From: a virus
Lineage: Duplodnaviria; Caudoviricetes
Virus record (IMG/VR): IMGVR_UViG_3300032038_000043
Location: 29,019 to 93,018 of that record
Strand: one strand, 5' to 3'
DNA length: 64,000 nucleotides
The translations under genes were made by a program, and so were the position numbers. Positions 33,680-40,040 of the stretch are shown one piece after another. Each line of letters starts with the position of its first letter. Position 1 is the stretch's first letter. The notes beneath the pieces are model-generated. The model did no database searches. It had not been told where the DNA came from and saw only the letters and a program-made list of their open reading frames with translations.

Positions 33680-33756
33680 TGGTGCGCACGGCAGGATTTG
33701 AACCTGCGACCCTCGGTTTAGGAAACCGACGCTCTGTCCTGCTGAGCTACGTGCGC
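33680..33756 (-). tRNA. tRNA-Arg(CCT)
   Basis: Reverse complement: GCGCACG TAGCTCAGCAGGACAGAGC G TCGGT-TTCCTAA-ACCGA ... GGTTCAAATCC ... CGTGCGC ACCA. Confidence 0.92.
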
Positions 33757-33757
33757 T

Positions 33758-33848
33758 TGGTGGGGGCCCTGGGAGTTGAACCCAGCTGCAAGTCTCCTCG
33801 CACTCTCCGGTTATGAGCCGGGGCCCGTATCCGCTGGGGCAGACCCCC
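33758..33848 (-). tRNA. tRNA with CAT anticodon (Ile2/Met-like) and an unusual long variable arm
   Basis: Reverse complement: GGGGGTC/GGCCCCC acceptor, CCGG-CTCATAA-CCGG anticodon arm, variable hairpin TGCGAG-GAGA-CTTGCA, CTGGG-TTCAACT-CCCAG, ACCA. Confidence 0.8.
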
Positions 33849-33850
33849 GT

Positions 33851-34081
33851 CTACGCACCCTTCGGGTGCCTGTTAACCTCGGGGAGCGACTCGTACAGCT
33901 CCCTCGGGTCGACTCCGAGCGTGTCGGCCAACGTGAACAGCTCGTACGCCGTGAACTGTGTCCTGCCGCTCTTCTTGTTCCAGAAGGACACGCGGGATAT
34001 GCCAAGCAGGTCGGCGAAGTACTGGTCGTTCACGCGATACACGGCCTTGTGCACTCGTATTTCGGTTTCAAAATCAATCAC
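33851..34081 (-). CDS. Cro-like HTH regulator heading the leftward operon
   Basis: FADLLGISRVSFWNKKSGRTQFTAYELFTLADTLGVDP. GTG start after GAAGGAG. Confidence 0.75.
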   Translation of the reverse strand: MIDFETEIRVHKAVYRVNDQYFADLLGISRVSFWNKKSGRTQFTAYELFTLADTLGVDPRELYESLPEVNRHPKGA

Positions 34082-34089
34082 TGACTGCT

Positions 34090-34395
34090 CTCCTTCGTCA
34101 CATGAATGATTTTCAGGCAAAACGAAAAAAGGCTGTCGTCCTAAGACAACAGCCTGTTTTGACCTAAAAACTAGGTGTTAAATTGGTTGAATAAGTGTGG
34201 TAAAATCGCAGGTAGAGGCAGGTACCGTTCACCGATTAATAATTTAACTACTTGTCTCTTGATGTCAGAGGTGTGAAAGAGAGTTTTGAGAGGGGGGAGC
34301 CGACCTGCATCAAGGATTGAACCATTGGATTGCAGGTTAACTCAGTGGAAAGACGTGAGGGAATAGTCTGCTATAGTAACTACTCGCTGACGCAC
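34090..34395. promoter_or_regulatory. AT-rich divergent control region, possibly including att arm sequences
   Basis: Sharp AT rise between divergent gene blocks. -10-like elements TGtggTAAAAT and TGCTATAGT, and the inverted repeat AGGCTGTCGTC/GACAACAGCCT. Confidence 0.55.
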
Positions 34396-34397
34396 TC

Positions 34398-34473
34398 GGC
34401 TGGGTAGCTCAGTTGGTAGAGCAGGGGACTGAAAATCCCTGTGTCGGGGGTTCGACTCCCTCCCCAGCCACCA
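34398..34473 (+). tRNA. tRNA-Phe(GAA), possible attP core
   Basis: Canonical cloverleaf GGCTGGG...GGGGA-CTGAAAA-TCCCT...CCCAGCC ACCA, 73 bp upstream of the integrase. Confidence 0.93.
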
Positions 34474-34546
34474 TTTGCGTCCTTACGTCACCATGATGTG
34501 ACCTCCTTTCCGATAGTAAAATCGTTGATGTTCGTCGGCGAACAAC

Positions 34547-35458
34547 GTGCAGTTCGACGAATACTGCCAAGAGTGGTGCGAGAACCTCAAGTCGATGGGC
34601 TCCGTGGAGCCGTCGACGGTCGACGACTACCGAAAGTCGCTCGTCGCGTGGCAAGACCTTGCCAAAATCGAGCTCGAGGACGTGTCGAGACGCCAAATCG
34701 AGGCCTCGATGCGCAAGATGCTGGCCGAAGGGCGCATCCCGAGCACCGTTCGCAAGCGTCTGGTCACCATCAGGCACCTCTTTGACGACGCCGTGGCCTA
34801 CGGTGACGTCCAAAGCAACCCTTGCGACGGAATCAGGAGCCCGAAGCAGCGGAAGTCGTGCAAAAACTACCTCCCAGTCGAGGAAAGGGAGCGTCTGAAG
34901 GCCAGAATCGCGTCCTCGAACCTCCAAATCACCGTCGCGGCGGCAATCGCGCTCTATTCTGGGCTCCGAGAGGCCGAAATCTGCGCCCTGAGGGCCTCGG
35001 ACGTCAATCTGGAGGCCAAAATCGGTTGGGTAAGGCGCTCGATAGGCCGCGACAACGGAAAAACGTACCTGAAGGACGTCAAAAACGGCCATTTTCGCGA
35101 CTTTCCCATCCCAGAGCCGCTCGCGATGGCTCTTGGTCGTTGGATTGACGCAAATTCGGTGCGCGGGAACGCGTTCTTGCTCACTGGTACCGAAAAATGG
35201 GCCGACCCAGCCATCCTGGGCAAGAAATGGTCGTCGTTGTGCGAGCTGGAGGGCTTCGAGGGCGTCTTGGGCAAGGCCCCGACGTTCCACGACCTCCGTC
35301 ACACCTACGCGACCGTCGCGATAGCCTCTGGGGTCGACGTGAAGACCGTTTCGAGCGTCCTCGGGCACTCGTCGGCGGCCATGACGCTCGACGTGTACGC
35401 CGTCGCCGACCCAGTTGCCAAGAGGATGTCCGCGGAGGTCATGGCGAGCTCGATTTAG
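34547..35458 (+). CDS. Tyrosine recombinase / integrase
   Basis: GLREAEICAL (R), FHDLRHTYAT (HxxR), LGHSS, TLDVYA (Y). Confidence 0.92.
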   Translation: MQFDEYCQEWCENLKSMGSVEPSTVDDYRKSLVAWQDLAKIELEDVSRRQIEASMRKMLAEGRIPSTVRKRLVTIRHLFDDAVAYGDVQSNPCDGIRSPKQRKSCKNYLPVEERERLKARIASSNLQITVAAAIALYSGLREAEICALRASDVNLEAKIGWVRRSIGRDNGKTYLKDVKNGHFRDFPIPEPLAMALGRWIDANSVRGNAFLLTGTEKWADPAILGKKWSSLCELEGFEGVLGKAPTFHDLRHTYATVAIASGVDVKTVSSVLGHSSAAMTLDVYAVADPVAKRMSAEVMASSI

Positions 35459-35585
35459 CCGTTCATAGAAAATCGAACAAACTGGAACGTGCGTGCTAGA
35501 ATGTCCCGTGGGCGGCCGAACACGCATCGTACGCGATTGCACGCCAAAGTCATAGGGTCGCCCAAATCCCTTCGATTGGAGACGC

Positions 35586-35771
35586 ATGGCGAACTCAGCC
35601 TCGAAATCTGGTGGCGGCACGCCGTTCCTGACGCTCCTCACCGTGCTCTTCATAGGCCTGAAGCTCACTGGTTACATCGACTGGTCGTGGTGGTGGGTGC
35701 TGGCACCCCTGTGGGGCCAGTTTGCGCTCGTGCTCGTCATACTCATCATCGGCGTGCTGTTCAATCTGTGA
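35586..35771 (+). CDS. Small transmembrane protein
   Basis: LTVLFIGLKLTGYIDWSWWWVLAPLW, a widespread phage membrane-protein motif. Confidence 0.8.
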   Translation: MANSASKSGGGTPFLTLLTVLFIGLKLTGYIDWSWWWVLAPLWGQFALVLVILIIGVLFNL

Positions 35772-35780
35772 GGTGACGCA

Positions 35781-36215
35781 TTGAGGGCCCGTGACGTCTT
35801 CAACGAGGCACGCGAAGCGCGTATCCGCATAGACGAGCTGCAGGAGCGCTCGCTCATGATGCACGAGCGCATCGGCATACAGGCGAGGGCCATGCAGCCC
35901 GTCGCATCCTCTACCTCCGACCCGATGAGGAAGGTCGACGACCTCATTGACTGGGAAGTCGACGAGTACGACGCAATCATGACCGCATCAAGGGCGGCGC
36001 TCGACGAGGCCGACGTCCTCGTCAGAGGGATGAGGGCCATGGGCTACCCAGACGCGGCCACGGCACTCAGGATGTACTACATGGACGCCATGGAGCTCAG
36101 CGACGTGTCGCAGCGCGTCGGCCACAGCAAGGAGCTTGTGCAAATGATGCTCGACGCCGCCCTGTCGTTCATAGACGAAGTGGGAATCGCGAAGGTCAAG
36201 GAGGCAGGCCGATGA
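35781..36215 (+). CDS. RinA/ArpU-like transcriptional activator
   Basis: Helical N-terminus and a sigma region 4-like C-terminus (LRMYYMD......VSQRVGHS.......DAAL). Confidence 0.55.
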   Translation: MRARDVFNEAREARIRIDELQERSLMMHERIGIQARAMQPVASSTSDPMRKVDDLIDWEVDEYDAIMTASRAALDEADVLVRGMRAMGYPDAATALRMYYMDAMELSDVSQRVGHSKELVQMMLDAALSFIDEVGIAKVKEAGR

Positions 36216-36394
36216 CGAAGCTGCAGGAACACCTCGACAAGCGCGGCATGTCCAGGTCGGCGCTGTCACGCCTCACCGGCATACAGCTGAAGACCATATC
36301 GGCGCTCTGCGAGGGTCGCAGGGGAGGCCGCATGGACACGTGGCGGCTCATGGCCCAGAAGCTCAGGTGCAACCTTTCGGACATTCTGGAGTAG
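36212..36394 (+). CDS. Cro/C1-type HTH protein
   Basis: LDKRGMSRSALSRLTGIQLKTISAL...L.C.LSDILE. Confidence 0.8.
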   Translation: MTKLQEHLDKRGMSRSALSRLTGIQLKTISALCEGRRGGRMDTWRLMAQKLRCNLSDILE

Positions 36395-36631
36395 AAGATG
36401 AACGTTCTGGTTTACGCAAGCGACATGGGGTCGCAGGACCCGAGGCTCGCCGACATGCAGGTCGGCGAGGAGTACATCCGTCGTTACAGCAAGTACGGCG
36501 GCCTGTACCTCAGGGGAGGCTACGAGTACGCCACCCTGCAGAGGGTATCTGACGGGCGCGTCTTCAGGGTGCGTGCCGAGAAGCTCAACGACCACTTCGA
36601 GCTGAAGCGGGAAGAGAACGAAAGTTCGTTG

Positions 36632-36640
36632 TGATACAAT
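36632..36640 (+). promoter_or_regulatory. Extended -10 promoter for the tRNA cluster
   Basis: TGATACAAT (TGn-TACAAT), 11 bp upstream of tRNA-Trp. Confidence 0.5.
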
Positions 36641-36651
36641 CGTTTCCACAC

Positions 36652-36722
36652 AGGGGGTTAGCACAAGGGTAGTGCGACGGTCTCCAAAACCGCTGATGAT
36701 GGTTCAAGTCCTTCACCTCCTG
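36652..36722 (+). tRNA. tRNA-Trp(CCA)
   Basis: AGGGGGT/ACCTCCT acceptor, CGGT-CTCCAAA-ACCG anticodon arm, GGTTCAAGTCC T loop. Confidence 0.85.
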
Positions 36723-36727
36723 CCTAT

Positions 36728-36803
36728 CGCGGATTGGTAGCAGTGGTAGCTCGCCGGCCCCATAAGCCGGAGGTCACGGGTTCGAGTCCCGTATCCGCCA
36801 CCA
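36728..36803 (+). tRNA. Initiator-like tRNA-Met(CAT)
   Basis: CGCGGAT/ATCCGCC acceptor with a 1:72 mismatch, CCGGC-CCCATAA-GCCGG anticodon arm, ACGGG-TTCGAGT-CCCGT, ACCA. Confidence 0.85.
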
Positions 36804-37012
36804 GACCACCTCGGCGGCACGCGCTCACTCCTTCCGGCGCGTGCCGCGTTTTTGTACACACTGGCGTGTACAATCTTGCCCAAGGATGCCCCTCCCGCCG
36901 TTGCCGCGGCAGTCGCCCAGTTCGTCTAGCCAGCGAGCGTGGCTCTTCTTTTATGTCCTCTGACCTGCGCTTTCACACGTCGTACATATTTGAGAAGTTT
37001 CAATAATGATGT

Positions 37013-37042
37013 TTGCCATCCTGTGTACATTTAGGATGGCAA
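37013..37042. promoter_or_regulatory. Perfect inverted repeat (operator-like) overlapping a probable -10 of the Y-RNA/Ro60 unit
   Basis: TTGCCATCCT-N10-AGGATGGCAA. TAGGAT at 37032-37037 lies about 6 nt before the first ncRNA. Confidence 0.55.
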
Positions 37043-37170
37043 GGGCAAGGGGAGAGCCGCAGGCGCGAGCTACTTCGCTAAATGGTTTAGCAATTACGCT
37101 GAAAACGTAATCTTGCGGTTCAAGTCCGTTATTTTACCGCTCACGTCGACCATAGCCTCCCCAACCCCCA
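37043..37170 (+). ncRNA. Y-RNA-like ncRNA 1 with a tRNA-Phe-like D/anticodon/T cassette
   Basis: Scaffold GGGGAG-A-GC-CGCA-GGCG-C-GAGC-TACTTC...GCTC-A-CGTC-GACCATA-GC-CTCCCC. Inside: GCTA-AATGGTT-TAGC, ATTACG-CTGAAAA-CGTAAT, GCGG-TTCAAGT-CCGT. Adjacent to Ro60. Confidence 0.8.
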
Positions 37171-37185
37171 AGCCAGCTGAAACGC

Positions 37186-37336
37186 AGGGAGATGGGGAGA
37201 GCCGCAGACGCGTCTTACTTCGCATTCGGGGCGAGAGGTCTCAGGTTCAAATCCTGAAGGAGCCGACATACGGCTTTTTAGCTCAGCGGGAGAGCGCTTA
37301 AACGTAGACACGTCGACCATCGCCTCCCCGTCCCCT
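37186..37336 (+). ncRNA. Y-RNA-like ncRNA 2 with a circularly permuted (YrlA-type) tRNA module
   Basis: Same scaffold. Cassette order is anticodon-like hairpin, T arm (TCAGG-TTCAAAT-CCTGA), closed acceptor-like hairpin (AGGAGCCG-ACATA-CGGCTTTT), then TA and the D arm (GCTC-AGCGGGA-GAGC). Confidence 0.85.
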
Positions 37337-37345
37337 TACGTAGAT

Positions 37346-37484
37346 GCACCGCCCGATGCCGAGCCGCAGCCGCGTCTTACTTCGCCCAGTTGGTAGGGCA
37401 CCCGACTAGTAATCAGGCTGTCGTTGGTTCGATTCCAACAGTTTCCAGACACGGCGACCATTGCCGGTGTCGGGCGGTGCTCCA
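37346..37484 (+). ncRNA. Y-RNA-like ncRNA 3 with a tRNA-Thr-like D/anticodon/T cassette
   Basis: 16-bp closing stem GCACCGCCCGATGCCG/CGGTGTCGGGCGGTGC and the same scaffold. Inside: GCCC-AGTTGGTA-GGGC, CCCGA-CTAGTAA-TCAGG, GTTGG-TTCGATT-CCAAC. Ends TCCA. Confidence 0.8.
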
Positions 37485-37500
37485 AGAGGACGGGGGAGAC

Positions 37501-38946
37501 ATGGCAAGCCACAACAAGCCCGCGGCTGACAGCCGCAAGACCACGAACATCAGTGGCCACGCCGCCTACAGGCTTGACGACAAGGTCAAGCTTGCGACGA
37601 TGGCGCTCACCACCATGCTCGGCGAGCCCAAGTACTATGGCGACAACACCGACGAGCTCGTCAAGCTCGCCGAGCAGGTGGCTGGGCAGGACGGCGAGTT
37701 CGTAGCCAAGCTGGCGGTCTGGGCTCGTTGCGAAGGTAACATGCGCTCCGTCTCCCATGCGCTCCTCGCTGTCGTCTCCCACGCCAACCACGGCACCGAG
37801 TACGTCCGCAAGGCCGTGCGCAGGGTGGCGTCGCAGCGTGGCGACGACGGCGTCGAGACGCTCGCCACCTGCAAGGCGCTCTACGGCAAGCCGTTCCCGC
37901 ACGCCGTCATCCGTGGCGTCGGTGACGTCCTCGGCAACATGTCGCCGAACGCCGTCGGCAAGTACCGCCTCAACGAGAAGGCGTTCAAGCTGCGCGACGC
38001 GCTCCGCGTCACCCACCCCGTGCCGAAGAACGGCCGCCTCTCCGACGCCTTCAAGGAGCTCGTCGATGGCGACCTCAAGGCCACCGAGGGGTGGAAGACC
38101 GCGATTCAGGGCGGCCACAACGACGCGGAGACGTGGGACGCGCTCATGGCGAAGGGCGAGCTCGGCTACATGGCCACGCTCCGCAACCTCGTCAACATCG
38201 TCAAGACGGGTGCCGACGTGGACAGGGCGCTGAGCCTCATCGCGGACCCCGACGAGGTCAGGCGCTCCCGCCAGCTACCGTTCCGCTTCTGGAACGCCTA
38301 TAAGTCCCTCAAGGCGAACGGCCTCATGTCAACCAAGGTGGCACGCGCCATCGACTCCGCCCTCCTCGCATCGTGCGACAACGTCGAGAGGCTCCCTGGC
38401 AGGACCGCCGTGCTCATCGACTGCTCCGGCTCCATGAGCCAGACGCTGAGCATAAAGGCGAGCGAGTCGTGCTTCGAGGTCGCCGCGCTGCTCGGTGCCA
38501 TGTTCACGCACATCTCCGACGACGCATGGGTTGCCGTCTTCAGCAACGGCGCTGAGAAGGTCGACCTCATGGGCACCAGCGTGCTCTCCGACGTGTCCGC
38601 CGTGCCGTTCCGTGGCGGCGGGACGGATATGAGGGCTGGCTTCGAGCTGCTGTGCCGCTCTGGCTTCGACGCCGACCGCGTCGTCGTCCTCTCCGACAAC
38701 GAGGTCAACGGCAGGTGGTGGGGCAACGGCAAGGAGGCCGTGCAGGCGGGCCTCGACATGTACCGCAAGGTCGTCGGGCACGACGTGTGGTGCCACGCCA
38801 TCGACCTCGTGGGTTACGGAACCGCCCAGTTCATCGGCCCGAAGGTCAACATCATGGCCGGATGGTCGGACAAGGTCCTTGGCTTCGTCTCCAAGGTCGA
38901 GAACGGCTCCTCCTTCGTCAAGGAAATCGAGGCGATAGCCCTCTAG
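37501..38946 (+). CDS. Ro60/Rsr-like TROVE + vWA RNA-binding protein
   Basis: TTN.SG..AY, KYY, LAVWAR...NMRS, KY...LRDALRVTHPVP, W..L....LGYMATLRNL.NI, RRSRQLPFRF..AY; vWA MIDAS DCSGSM, GGT and LSDNE. GGGGGAG RBS before the ATG at 37501. Confidence 0.92.
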   Translation: MASHNKPAADSRKTTNISGHAAYRLDDKVKLATMALTTMLGEPKYYGDNTDELVKLAEQVAGQDGEFVAKLAVWARCEGNMRSVSHALLAVVSHANHGTEYVRKAVRRVASQRGDDGVETLATCKALYGKPFPHAVIRGVGDVLGNMSPNAVGKYRLNEKAFKLRDALRVTHPVPKNGRLSDAFKELVDGDLKATEGWKTAIQGGHNDAETWDALMAKGELGYMATLRNLVNIVKTGADVDRALSLIADPDEVRRSRQLPFRFWNAYKSLKANGLMSTKVARAIDSALLASCDNVERLPGRTAVLIDCSGSMSQTLSIKASESCFEVAALLGAMFTHISDDAWVAVFSNGAEKVDLMGTSVLSDVSAVPFRGGGTDMRAGFELLCRSGFDADRVVVLSDNEVNGRWWGNGKEAVQAGLDMYRKVVGHDVWCHAIDLVGYGTAQFIGPKVNIMAGWSDKVLGFVSKVENGSSFVKEIEAIAL

Positions 38947-39044
38947 CTACCCACGGTGCCCGCCTCACCGTCCCCCGGGACGGGCACCTCGGTATATCCT
39001 CTCTCAAGTGGCCAGCGCCCCCTGGACAGGCGCTGGCCACGCTC

Positions 39045-39869
39045 CTATGTCGTGATGATGCGGATGAACAGCTCGTTCACGTCGTCCCAAGCGGGGGGCT
39101 CTGGGCACTCGAGCTTACGCGCCATCGACTCGCATTCGGCGATGTTCGACTTGACCCACTCGTCGAGCATCGGGATTCGCTCGTGGATGTCCGTCTCCAT
39201 CCCGTCGCGCTTCCTCTCCAATAGGTCGTCGATGGCCTCGCAGATTGCTTGGTTGTCGACATCTTGGAAGTACTCGTCAAGAAGCTCGTCAAGCGTGAGA
39301 TACGGCATCTCCAGGTTGTCTATGACGTGTCGTGCGGACAGCAGCGCCCTCACGACATAGAGGTACTTCTTCGTCTTGGGCGGCTCGTCCCTCGTGACGC
39401 CGTTGGCGATGCGAAGAAACTCGTTCGCGTTCTCCTTGGCCATCCCGATGTAGTGGAAGGCAAGTGAGCGTGCCTTGAAGCACGTTTCCGCGAGCTCCTC
39501 TATGGCGTGAAGCTTGAACGGGTCGCTGACGACGTAGCGTGGGCAGTCGAGCCACTCCAACGCGGACGGGTTCGACCTGTGGAGCAGGCTTAGGTACTTG
39601 CTCACGTCCCATCCGACTATGTCAAGCATCGTGTCTGGGTGCCAATCGATGGTGTCCTTGCGCTTGTCGAGCCTCAAATAGTCGTAGATTGGCCTCTTGT
39701 AGACGAACCTGACGTCGTAGTCGGAGTTCTCCGAGGCCATTCCCCACGAGCGTGAGCCAGACTCGACCGCGAAGAGCACTTTCACGTTGTTTTCCGACTC
39801 AATCTTCCTAATTTCCTCGTGAATCATCGCCATTTCGTTGTCCGATGGCGTAAAAACGTCATTTGGCAT
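39045..39869 (-). CDS. Pol-beta superfamily nucleotidyltransferase, RlaP/YcgL-like
   Basis: VLFAVESGSRSWGMASENSDYDVRFVY (GSx9DxD), D.VGWD..K...L..SNP...EWL, KKYLYVVR. Confidence 0.88.
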   Translation of the reverse strand: MPNDVFTPSDNEMAMIHEEIRKIESENNVKVLFAVESGSRSWGMASENSDYDVRFVYKRPIYDYLRLDKRKDTIDWHPDTMLDIVGWDVSKYLSLLHRSNPSALEWLDCPRYVVSDPFKLHAIEELAETCFKARSLAFHYIGMAKENANEFLRIANGVTRDEPPKTKKYLYVVRALLSARHVIDNLEMPYLTLDELLDEYFQDVDNQAICEAIDDLLERKRDGMETDIHERIPMLDEWVKSNIAECESMARKLECPEPPAWDDVNELFIRIITT

Positions 39870-39990
39870 GCTTTCTTCCTCCAGAACGTGCCCTTGCGGG
39901 CAAAAAATGACTGAAAATCACGTTTTCTAGCCCAAAATGCGTTCTTATTTATGCTTTTAGGCACAAACCATAACTTGGTGGGCAAAAAAC

Positions 39991-40040
39991 GGCCCCAAAG
40001 TCGTACTTTTTCTCGCTTAGTACCACTTTGGGGCCAAAAA
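39991..40040. terminator. Long imperfect inverted repeat in an AT-rich gap
   Basis: GGCCCCAAAGT.GTACT...AGTAC.ACTTTGGGGCC flanked by A tracts. Confidence 0.45.

Noticed and set aside
37071-37445. Calling the tRNA-like cassettes ordinary tRNAs or pseudo-tRNAs
   Set aside because: Units 1 and 3 have no acceptor stem adjoining the D and T arms, unit 2 has permuted arm order, and all are embedded in a shared covarying scaffold.
37390-37500. ORF-track N-terminal extension of the TROVE protein (518 aa)
   Set aside because: It overlaps Y-like RNA 3. The ATG at 37501 has an RBS and coincides with the start of TROVE-like sequence.
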